Part shown: piece after piece, positions 29,724 to 38,605 of the stretch | Numbering within the stretch: the stretch's first letter is position 1 | Layout of the letters: each line of letters starts with the position of its first letter | DNA from: an uncultured delta proteobacterium | GTDB taxonomy: Bacteria > Myxococcota_A > Polyangia > Fen-1088 | Length of the DNA: 64,000 bases | Direction of reading: 5' to 3' | Assembly: GCA_963737265.1 (NCBI GenBank) | Contig: CAVTRY010000023.1 | Span: 128,001-192,000, forward strand | Translations under genes and position numbers: made by a program | Notes under the pieces: generated by a model | Database searches by the model: none | Seen by the model: only the letters and a program-made list of their open reading frames with translations | What the model was told of the DNA's origin: nothing

Positions 29724-32135
29724 TCACTTAACCCGGTTGGGGCCGGTTTTGGGCATGTTTCGCCATTTGCCGAGCATCGCCAACGCAACGAGCGCGAAGA
29801 GGCCGGCGATCGAGAGCGCCAGGCCTGTGCGCAAACCGGGCGGGGAAAACGAAAGCACGATGTGGTGGGTGCCGGGTGTGATGGGGATCGCGCGCAGGGC
29901 GAGATTGGCGCGCAAAACGGGCGCCGGGCGGCCGTCCAGCGTGGCCGACCAACCCCGGTCGAATTGCTCGACGAAGACCGCGAGAGCGGGCGCGCGGGCG
30001 GTGCATTCCGCTTCGACGCGCGTGTTGGCGAACGTCACTAGGTGGCAGGCGCCCAGATCGTCGACCCGATTCCGATCGCCGGGCGCGGCGATTGCCACGG
30101 TGCTAGGGGGCGGCGGATCGGGCGCAAGGATGACTCGCTTGCCGGCGATGACGTCCGGGGCAAACACGGCTTGCAGTGCGAGCACGTCGGACAGGATCGC
30201 CGCGGGCTCGGCCAAGTAGACGCGCGGCAAGGCGCCGGCCACCCGATAAAGGCGCGCGCCCGGAACCGGATCGAGCATGGGCTGCAGGCCGGGGCGATCC
30301 CGGGTGGAGCTGGGAAGAACGACGTAGGCCACGCCGGCGAGACGAAGCAGCCCGAGCCCATCGCGATTTCCCCAAAGCCAGAGCGAAGACAGGTTCGACG
30401 GCGTGGCCGCGTCGTAGCCGGGAAGGCCGGCGATACCGAAGCTGCTGGCTTGATTGTCGACGAGCGTGCCAATCAGATTGCGCTGCACTTGAGCCACGGT
30501 GGTCGGGGGCGCGGCGGCCGCAATCGCGTCGTCCACGGTCTCGGCGCGATAGACGCGCGGGGGCGCCTGCTCGCCACGCGCGCGGGCATCGGCGCGGATA
30601 GCCGCCGCGGTCGCGGGCTCGGCGCCCAGCAGGTCGGCGGGTCCGAAATTCTGCAGGGCCAGCACGGGAAGGGCGAGATCGACGAACACCGTTCCCGCGA
30701 GCAGGTAGGGCGCCAGGCGGCTGCCCCGGCCGGCCAGCCAGATCGCGGTCGCCGCGGCCAGCGCGAAGATAAACGCCGTCTTGGTGCTGGCCAAGATCTG
30801 TTCCGCCAGCGGGTGCGGAAAGAACGATGCGCCCAGCGCCAGCGCAACCAGCGCAACGGTGACGGCAAATGCACGCGGCCACAAGCACGCTTTCCCTTTC
30901 CCTTCGAGCAGGCGCATGGTTCCCAGCCCGGCGAGCAGGGATGTGCACGCGAAGAAGACGGAGAGGTATTTCTCTGGCCCGCGCATGTACGCCAAGGGCG
31001 GAACCAGGGTGCGAATCGCGGCGTGCACGGGTGTGTGCCGACCGAATGAGGTGAGCAGAGCAACCGCCGCGGTAATGCCGAGGGTTGCAGCCAGCCTGCG
31101 CCCGCGGCCGAACGCCAGCAGCGCAAGCGCCGCGACGCTGGCGCCAAGGTAGCAGCCGTAGAGCAGACCGCGATCGCCGAGACCCGGTTCGCCGACCCAT
31201 GGCCCGCCGACGTAGTCGGTGTAGGGATCGCCCATCGCGCCGGGCGCGATCATCTCGGCCATGCGCCATGGGTGAAACGATCCGACTTCGGCGGCGGCGC
31301 GGGCGAGCGGCGTGGTGCGCGCGGTGGAATTTGCGGCTTGTCCCGCTGGCAAGAGAACGACAGCTCCAAGGGTGCCAGCGAGCAGGGCCGCGCAGCAGAT
31401 TCCAATCGCCAAGCGCTTGGCCCACGCGCGCGGGGTGCAGGCGTGCGGGGTGCAGGCGCCGGACGCTTCGGCCTGGGCGGTCTGGAAGGCATCGCCGACG
31501 GCCACGCTCAAGGCGAACGCCGAGGCCAAGAAGGGAAAGAACACCTCGCCGGTCAGGAAGCAGAGCCCAAGCGGAATCGCCGCCCAGGCCGCGGCGCCGA
31601 GCCACGCCCGCGCCGGCTCGCCGCGCCGGATGGCGCGCGAAAGTCCGAGGAAGCCCACCGCGCACCAGGGAAGGTAGGCGGCCGCCGGGAGGCGCAGGCC
31701 CGCGGTGACTTCCGACGTGGCGTAGCCGGACAGCGCCCACGCAAGTCCGGCGACGATGGCGGGAACGGCGGCGTCTTTGGTCAGCCGGCGCGCCAAGACC
31801 GCCATGCCGATGGCGCCAAGCAGGAGGTGGCCAAAGAGAAAAAACGACGTCAGCCAGGGCGAGTGCGCGACCAGCAAAAGCGCGTTCGCGGGGTAGGAGA
31901 TTTCGTTGAGCGGATTCGCGACGATGGACAGCCCGAGACCGATGCGCGGGTTCCACAACGGCGAGTCCCCGCGGACCCAGCTGTCATGAAGAAAGCCCCG
32001 GGCCGGATGGATCCACAGGCCGATGTCCCTTTGGAAAAGCACCCGGCCGGCAAAGAGTGGCAGGTACACGGCGCCGACGAGAACGGCGAGGATCGGAAAG
32101 GGCGCGAGTCGTCTTGCCCACGAAGTCGTGACCAT
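29724..32135 (-). CDS. YfhO-family polytopic membrane protein
   Basis: SPLWNPRIGLG, many TM segments, C-terminal RGWSATLDGRPAPVLRAN...GTHHIVLSFSP. Confidence 0.85.
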   Translation of the reverse strand: MVTTSWARRLAPFPILAVLVGAVYLPLFAGRVLFQRDIGLWIHPARGFLHDSWVRGDSPLWNPRIGLGLSIVANPLNEISYPANALLLVAHSPWLTSFFLFGHLLLGAIGMAVLARRLTKDAAVPAIVAGLAWALSGYATSEVTAGLRLPAAAYLPWCAVGFLGLSRAIRRGEPARAWLGAAAWAAIPLGLCFLTGEVFFPFLASAFALSVAVGDAFQTAQAEASGACTPHACTPRAWAKRLAIGICCAALLAGTLGAVVLLPAGQAANSTARTTPLARAAAEVGSFHPWRMAEMIAPGAMGDPYTDYVGGPWVGEPGLGDRGLLYGCYLGASVAALALLAFGRGRRLAATLGITAAVALLTSFGRHTPVHAAIRTLVPPLAYMRGPEKYLSVFFACTSLLAGLGTMRLLEGKGKACLWPRAFAVTVALVALALGASFFPHPLAEQILASTKTAFIFALAAATAIWLAGRGSRLAPYLLAGTVFVDLALPVLALQNFGPADLLGAEPATAAAIRADARARGEQAPPRVYRAETVDDAIAAAAPPTTVAQVQRNLIGTLVDNQASSFGIAGLPGYDAATPSNLSSLWLWGNRDGLGLLRLAGVAYVVLPSSTRDRPGLQPMLDPVPGARLYRVAGALPRVYLAEPAAILSDVLALQAVFAPDVIAGKRVILAPDPPPPSTVAIAAPGDRNRVDDLGACHLVTFANTRVEAECTARAPALAVFVEQFDRGWSATLDGRPAPVLRANLALRAIPITPGTHHIVLSFSPPGLRTGLALSIAGLFALVALAMLGKWRNMPKTGPNRVK

Positions 32136-32141
32136 GCGGGA

Positions 32142-34448
32142 TTACTTGCGCAGGGCTTCGCGGATCTTGCCTAGAAGATCTTCGGTGGCGTACGGCTTTT
32201 GCACGAAGCCGGCCAGCCCCCTGCCGGCGAATCGATCGACGACGTCTTGTTCGTTGTAGCCCGAGCAGAGGATGACCTTGACGCCGGGTTTAAGCTGCCG
32301 CAGCTCGCGGAAGCAAGCCTCGCCATCGAGGTGGGGCATGGTCAGGTCGAGAATGACGAGGTCGATGGTGTCCATTTCCTGTGCGAATTTCTCGACGGCC
32401 TCGCGACCATCGGCCGCGACCAGGACCTCGAACCCGGCCCGTTGCAACATGCGACGGCCCAAGTGGCGGATGGTTTCCTCATCGTCGGCGAGCAGGATCT
32501 TGCCGTTGGCGTGGTAGCCGCCGACGACTTCGGTCCTGGACCTGAGTTTGCGGGGGGAATTGGCGCTGGCGGGAAAGAGCAACTTGAAGGTCGTCCCTCG
32601 CCTGGGCTCGCTGTAGACCTTGATGGCGCCTTTGTGGCCTCGCACGATGCCGAGGACCGCGGCCAGCCCCAAGCCGCGGCCGGTGAACTTCGTCGAGAAA
32701 AAGGGATCGAAAACGCGATCGATGGTGGCCTTGTCCATGCCGTGGCCGGTATCCGCCACTTCGAGATAGACGAAGTCGCCGGCCTCGACTCCATCGGCCA
32801 CGAAACAGCCTTTGAGGTAGGCCTCGTCGCAGTGGGCGAGCCCGGTGGTGAGCGAAATCACTCCGCTGCGATCGCCAATCGCCTCCGAGGCATTGACGAT
32901 GAGGTTCATGATGACCTGGCGAAACTGCGTTGCGTCCGCGTCGACCGCCGGTAGCCCAGGTGAGAACTGGTACTTGAGCACGGCCTTCTTGCTGATGCTG
33001 ACCGACAGCAGATGTCCCATTTCCTCGACAAGCTCTTGCAGATCGATGGGCTCGATGGTGAAGCGACCACGGCCGCTGTAGGCGAGAAGTTGCCGGCACA
33101 AATCGGCGGCGCGCCGGGCAGCGGTTTCGATGCCTTCCAGGCTGGCGCGCGACGGGGCGAGCGGGGACATTTCGGTCTTGGCCAGGTCGGCGTTGCCCAA
33201 GATTCCGGTAAGAAGATTGTTGAAGTCGTGGGCGATGCCACCGGCGAGCACGCCCAGGCTCTCCAGCTTCTGGCTGTGAAGCATCTGCTGTTCCAGGTTG
33301 CGCTGCTCGGTCACATCGCGGCCGACGGACAGAACCACGGTTTGACCGGCCAAATCCACGGTGCGCGAGGAAATCTGCATGATGCGAATCTGGCCATCGC
33401 GCCGGCGCATCCTGAATTCCATCGCGCTAATCGGGTCGCCCTGCCTCATCCGGTCGTACATGGCCGTGCGTCGGCCGGGATCGACCCAGATCGAAAAGGC
33501 TGACGTTTTTTCCCCGAGGAAGTCTTCGCGCTGATAACCGGCAGCCGAACAAAACGCATCGTTGCAGCCGATGATGGTACCGTCCAGCTCGGCCAAGGTC
33601 ACCGGGTCGGGAATGAGATCGAAGATACGGCGAAAGCGATCCTCGGAAGCCAGCAGCGCCTGCTCCTTGAGCATGCTGTCGGTCACGTCCTGGATCGTGC
33701 CCATCATGAAGATGGGTTTGCCGTCGCTGTCCTTCTCCAATTCGCCGAGCCCGTGCACCCAGCGGAGCGCGCCGTCGTTGGCCCGGATGATGCGATAGCG
33801 CCGGTCGAAGTTGCCGCCGGCCCCGATCACGTCCTTCATCAGATGGCGGTTCATGCCCTCGCGCTCATCGGGATGCACCAAGCCGAGCCAGCCCGCGATG
33901 TCACGCTTGAATTCGTCCCCGATCCCGAAGACTTCGCTGAGCGCCTCCGAGCTTGTCCAGGTGCCGGTCGCGACGCTGAAGCGGTAGGAGCCGATGTGGG
34001 CGACGCGTTGGGATTTTTGCAGGAACCACTCGCTGTCCCGCAGCGCCTTTTCGCTGCGTTTGCGTTCGGTGACGTCGAGGAGGATGGTGGCGAAGAGGCC
34101 AGCGCCAAAAGACGCCACGCTGACGTCGTAGTAGCGGTCGAAGGGCGCGAAATAGGTTTCGAAACGCAGCGCCTCGCCGCCGAGCGCGACTTTGGTAAAC
34201 TCATCCAGGTAGGGCGCGGTCGGCGTCCCGAATACCTCGGTCGCCAGCTTGCCCACGACATGGTCGCGGTCGACGCCGACGTAGCGATGAAATTGGGGAT
34301 TGACGTCCAGAATGCGATAGTTGGTGGGGTTGCCTGCGTCGTCGCAAATCAGCTCGTGTAGCGCGACCGCCTCGCCCATATGGAGGTAGAGCGAGCGAAA
34401 AAACTGTTGGCCGTCAAGGTTGCCGTTTCCATTGCTCGCGTCGACCAT
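32142..34448 (-). CDS. multi-PAS hybrid histidine kinase/response regulator
   Basis: Three PAS regions, GGIAHDFNNLL, DTGHGM, FSTKFTGRGLGL, receiver ILDLTMP...QKPY. Confidence 0.94.
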   Translation of the reverse strand: MVDASNGNGNLDGQQFFRSLYLHMGEAVALHELICDDAGNPTNYRILDVNPQFHRYVGVDRDHVVGKLATEVFGTPTAPYLDEFTKVALGGEALRFETYFAPFDRYYDVSVASFGAGLFATILLDVTERKRSEKALRDSEWFLQKSQRVAHIGSYRFSVATGTWTSSEALSEVFGIGDEFKRDIAGWLGLVHPDEREGMNRHLMKDVIGAGGNFDRRYRIIRANDGALRWVHGLGELEKDSDGKPIFMMGTIQDVTDSMLKEQALLASEDRFRRIFDLIPDPVTLAELDGTIIGCNDAFCSAAGYQREDFLGEKTSAFSIWVDPGRRTAMYDRMRQGDPISAMEFRMRRRDGQIRIMQISSRTVDLAGQTVVLSVGRDVTEQRNLEQQMLHSQKLESLGVLAGGIAHDFNNLLTGILGNADLAKTEMSPLAPSRASLEGIETAARRAADLCRQLLAYSGRGRFTIEPIDLQELVEEMGHLLSVSISKKAVLKYQFSPGLPAVDADATQFRQVIMNLIVNASEAIGDRSGVISLTTGLAHCDEAYLKGCFVADGVEAGDFVYLEVADTGHGMDKATIDRVFDPFFSTKFTGRGLGLAAVLGIVRGHKGAIKVYSEPRRGTTFKLLFPASANSPRKLRSRTEVVGGYHANGKILLADDEETIRHLGRRMLQRAGFEVLVAADGREAVEKFAQEMDTIDLVILDLTMPHLDGEACFRELRQLKPGVKVILCSGYNEQDVVDRFAGRGLAGFVQKPYATEDLLGKIREALRK

Positions 34449-34588
34449 ACCTGCTCCCTCGGACCCGCCGTTCCCGCACGAGTGAAAAGCCATGGGCCCG
34501 ATGATCGATTGTATCAGGACTTTGGCACCCCTGTCGCGCCGATCGCAGTCCTCGGGTGCTTCCCTGAAATGGGGGCTGGGGCTTCACC

Positions 34589-36016
34589 CATAGGCATTAA
34601 CCCAAAAACTTGCGATTTCTCCAAGAACGCCCGCATATGCTCGGGATGGACAACATAGCGAAGGACAGCACCACGGGCGACTGGCCAATGATTGCGGCGC
34701 AGCTTCCATCCGGATGGGAGGATCTGGCGGTCGAGATGGGCGTGGTCTACACGAAGTTTCCGGCGCACATGGGCACGAAGGTGACCGAGGCGGCACATTT
34801 GCTGCAGCCGATTCTGTACCAGGTGGCGACGAACTCGTCGCTGGCCGTGACGGTGGCGATGGCGGCGGCGGCCGGGGTGATCAAGATGTCGGCAGTCGGG
34901 CTGCACAAGCGAATGAGAACCATTGGTCCCTACCTGGCGCGACTGGTGACGCTGATGACGGATGCCGAGGCTTCGTTCGCAGCGGAGCGATGGGCGGGCT
35001 ACGACGTGGTGATCGTGGACGGCTCTTCGGTGTCGCGGCCAGGAGCCGAGGGCACCACGGCTCGCGTTCACTATGCGCTGCGCTTGAGCACGTTGCGGCC
35101 TGTGCAAATCGAGGTCACGGATGACAAGGGCGGCGAGACGTTCAGAAACTTCGATGCCGAGGCGGGACAACTGTGGATGGGCGACCGCGGCTACTCGAAC
35201 CCGCCTGGCATAGCGGCGATCATGGCGGCGGATGCCGACGTACTGGTCCGATACAACCGTGGCTCGCTTCCTCTGTACGGCATGAACGGGCAGCTACTCG
35301 ACGTTCAGCGAATGCTGGCTCGCCTCAAGCATCCGGGGGTTGCACGCGAATGGTACGCAGAGGTCCATCCGCAGGGTGGCAAGGCGATCGCTGGCCGGCT
35401 GTGCGCGTTGCTCTTGCCGCCCGACAAAGCAGAGGAGGCTCGGCAGCGCGCGCGACGGGAACAAGGTCCGTCTGTGACTGAGGAAACCCTTGCGGCCGCG
35501 CAGTACGTGGTGGTGTTCACGACCGTACCGAGGTCGCGGCTGACCGCCGCCCTGGTCATGGAACTATACGGCCTCCGCTGGCAAATCGAGCTTCACATCA
35601 AGCGGGACAAATCCATCGCAGGGCTCGACCGACTGCCCAACTTTCGCAACGACACTGTCTATTCCTGGATTTGCGCCAAGATGCTGCTTACCCAGATCGC
35701 CCGCAAACTTGCTACACCCAACGTGGCTATTCCCCCCTGTGGAGAACTCGACTGGTTCGGCATCCGACGAGCCGCAGAAAGGCGTCAGGGCCGGACTCAG
35801 GCGATCAAAGCACCGGGTCGTAGCCGAGCCATGGCGTCTCATGACCGTCCTCTGGCAAACCGTATGCGCGGCGCTCACGCCGATCAGCGCCAGTCGGTTT
35901 CCCGATTTCTTGCAGGCATTCCTTGACCACCTTCAACTCCAAGTCCCGCGCAAGCGTCTACGCAGCGCCGTTAAGTTCCAGCAACATCTTGCGGAGGAAT
36001 TGGGTTAATGCCTATG
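34589..36016 (+). mobile_element. complete IS4-family insertion sequence (1428 bp)
   Basis: Perfect IRs CATAGGCATTAACCCAA / TTGGGTTAATGCCTATG; 11-bp direct repeat GGGGCTTCACC at 34578-34588 and 36017-36027. Confidence 0.93.
34637..35926 (+). CDS. IS4-family DDE transposase
   Basis: IVDGSSV, MGDRGY, YGLRWQIELHIK (YREK signature). Confidence 0.9.
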   Translation: MLGMDNIAKDSTTGDWPMIAAQLPSGWEDLAVEMGVVYTKFPAHMGTKVTEAAHLLQPILYQVATNSSLAVTVAMAAAAGVIKMSAVGLHKRMRTIGPYLARLVTLMTDAEASFAAERWAGYDVVIVDGSSVSRPGAEGTTARVHYALRLSTLRPVQIEVTDDKGGETFRNFDAEAGQLWMGDRGYSNPPGIAAIMAADADVLVRYNRGSLPLYGMNGQLLDVQRMLARLKHPGVAREWYAEVHPQGGKAIAGRLCALLLPPDKAEEARQRARREQGPSVTEETLAAAQYVVVFTTVPRSRLTAALVMELYGLRWQIELHIKRDKSIAGLDRLPNFRNDTVYSWICAKMLLTQIARKLATPNVAIPPCGELDWFGIRRAAERRQGRTQAIKAPGRSRAMASHDRPLANRMRGAHADQRQSVSRFLAGIP

Positions 36017-36489
36017 GGGGCTTCACCTCGCCCCGCGCAGGTGGGATCGGAGGGAAAAACAGGGAGGAACGGAGGACCAGAGGGATCACGGGTTGGGTTG
36101 ACGAGGCGGCGGAGACCCTCGCGAAGTACGGGGACGTGGAAATTGACGAGCAGGCCCACCGGCAGTCGTAGGAGCTTGAGATAGGTAATGACCTGTGCCA
36201 AGTGGACAGGAAGCAACTGCTCCACCGCCTTGACTTCGACGACCAAACGGCCTTCCACCATGAGGTCGAGGCGATAGCCGCAGTCGAGGTCAATGCCTTT
36301 GTACTGCAGAGAAATCGCGACCTGACGTTGCGTGCGAAATCCACGCAGGCCTAGCTCGCGCGCCAGGCAGTGCTCGTAGGCCGACTCAAGCAGCCCGGGA
36401 CCGAGGTGACGGTGGACTTCGATGCAGGCGGCGATAATTTGCCCAGTAAAGTCATCCTGTCTCTGTTTCTCCGTTCCTCGCTGTTCCAT
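35971..36489 (-). CDS. GxxExxY family protein (PD-(D/E)xK-like)
   Basis: HRHLGPGLLESAYEHCL, YRLDLMVEGRLVVEVK, QVITYLK, GLLVNF; reading frame runs into the IS. Confidence 0.92.
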   Translation of the reverse strand: MEQRGTEKQRQDDFTGQIIAACIEVHRHLGPGLLESAYEHCLARELGLRGFRTQRQVAISLQYKGIDLDCGYRLDLMVEGRLVVEVKAVEQLLPVHLAQVITYLKLLRLPVGLLVNFHVPVLREGLRRLVNPTRDPSGPPFLPVFPSDPTCAGRGEAPIGINPIPPQDVAGT

Positions 36490-36603
36490 ATCTGCGTTTT
36501 CGGCGGCACTCCGCCAGAAGTTGCTACCTCACCGAGCCCCCGGCTGGTGCCCCCGTTTCAGGGAAGCACCCGCAGCCCCCTAATTCCGCGACAGCCTCAA
36601 AGG

Positions 36604-36770
36604 TCGTGGCCGTAGACGTGGCCGTGGCCGTGGCCGTGGCCGTGGCGATCACCGTCGGCCCTCCCTCCGGGAGCTTCGGGACCTGCCCTCCCAACGCCAC
36701 CACCCGCTCGCTACGCTCGCGCCTTCGACGGTCACACGGCCACGACCAGGACCACGTCCACGACCACCAC
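36604..36770. repeat. opposed hexamer runs (GTGGCC)n ... (CACGAC/CACGGC)n
   Basis: GTGGCC run at ~36606-36646 and the complementary-type run at ~36734-36770. Confidence 0.7.
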
Positions 36771-36843
36771 TCATCGCTCCCATTGGGTGTGTGGCTCAAT
36801 GGAATTCCGCGACGTTGGTGCGCTCGTCGCGGGATTACGGGGG

Positions 36844-38587
36844 CTAGAATCCGCGCAGTTGTCTGGCAGCGTAACGAGTGTGCAGGAGATGATGCGCCTT
36901 CTCGCCGCACGGCTCGCCCAGAAACTCGCTGTAGATGGTGCGCACGGCCGGGTTCTTGTGCGACTCGCGCAGCGGCATGCCGCGATCTTCGGCATAGATC
37001 GCTTCAATCCGACGCCGGCGCGTTTCTTCGTCGGTGGGAAAGGGCTGACCGCCGCCGCCGATGCAACCACCCGGGCAGGCCATGACTTCGAGGAAGTGAA
37101 CTTCCTCGCGGCCCGACTTGATTTCGTCGAGGATTTTGCGCGCGTTGGCCAGGCCGTGGACGGCGGCCAGGCGTATTTCGCGGTCGCCAATCAGCACCGA
37201 GCCGCGCTTAATGCCGCCGGTGCCGCGCAACACGGAGTATTCCATGCGGGCTTCGGTCTTGGGCTCGAGCACCTCGGCCACCGTGCGCAGCGCTGCCTCC
37301 ATCATGCCGCCGGTCACGCCGAACATCAGGCCGGCGCCGGTGGCATCGCCCAAGATCGGATCGAAAGACGAATCGGGCAGGCTGGCCATGTCGATATCGT
37401 GCATCTTCAAAAGGTCGCCAAACTCGCGCGTGGTCAGCACGGCGTCGACTTCGAAAATGCCGTCGTCCATGCGGTGTTCGGGACGCTGGCGTTCGAACTT
37501 CTTCGCCGAGCACGGCATGATGGACACGTTGAACAGCTTCTTCTTTTCGATGCCCTTGCGTTCGGCGAAGAAGGTCTTGGTCAGAGCGCCGACGATCTGC
37601 TGCGGCGACTTGGTCGACGACATGTTGGGAATGAACTCCGGGTAGAAGTGTTCCATGAACTTCACCCAGCCCGGCGAGCAGCTGGTAATCAGGGGGAACG
37701 GACCGCCCGACTTGAGCCGGCCAATCAGCTCGTAGCCTTCTTCCATCACCGCCATGTCGGCGCCGAGATCGGTGTCGAAGACATAGTCGAAGCCGATGCG
37801 ACGAAGCGCGGTGGGAAGCTTGCGCGTAAGCGAAACGCCCGGTGCCAGGCCGAAGACTTCGCCGATGGTCACGCGAATGGACGGTGCGATTTGCACCGTG
37901 ACGATGGTGTTGGGATCCTCCATCGCATCCGCGACGACCTTGATGTAGCTACGGTCGCGAATCGCGGCCACCGGACATTTGAGCAAGCATTGCCCGCACA
38001 GCACGCACACGGTGTCGACAAGATCGCGGTTGAAGGCCGGCAGTACCGTGGTCGAGAAACCGCGCTTGACGAAGTCGAGCGCGTAGACGCCTTGAACTTC
38101 GCGGCACACGCTTCACGCACTTGCCGCACAGAATGCAGTAGTCCGGGTGGCGCGTGATGGCCACCGACGAATCGTCGACATCGTGGTGACGCTTCTCGCC
38201 CTCGTAGCGGATCTCGCCGATGGAGTATTCGCGGCACAGCGATTGCAGTTCGCAGCGGCCGTTGCGAACGCAGGTTTGGCACTTGCGCGGGTGATTGGCG
38301 AGAATCATCTCGATGATGGTTCGGCGGGCGTCGCGCAGCTCGCGCGTGTTGGTTCGCACCGCCATGCCTTCCTGGGCCGGGTACGAGCACGCGGGCTCGA
38401 GGCGCGTCGAGCCGCCCGAACCGGCCACCTCGACCACGCAGATGCGACACGCACCCGCAGTGCTCAACTGCTTATCATAGCAAAGGGTTGGTATGCGTAC
38501 GCTGGCCGATTGGGCGGCCTGAAGCAGGGTCGATCCGCGCGGTACGCTGACCGGGAGACCGTTGATGGTTAGATTGACGTCGCTCAT
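36844..38587 (-). CDS. hydA: [FeFe]-hydrogenase catalytic subunit (group A, HydA/HndD-like), +1 frameshift near 38110
   Basis: N-terminal 2Fe-2S (GACRIC), His-ligated cluster HPRKCQTC, two 4Fe-4S motifs; H-cluster motifs TSCSPGW, MPCSAKKFE, EVMACPGGCIGGGGQP; removing one base restores CILCGKCVKVCREVQ. Confidence 0.88.
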
Positions 38588-38605
38588 GGGCTTTCTCGAT
38601 TCCTT

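Larger units (their letters stand above)
34553..36572. repeat. outer 23-bp inverted repeat pair enclosing the GxxExxY gene and IS4
   Basis: CGGGTGCTTCCCTGAAATGGGGG (34553-34575) vs CCCCCGTTTCAGGGAAGCACCCG (36550-36572), one mismatch. Confidence 0.8.
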
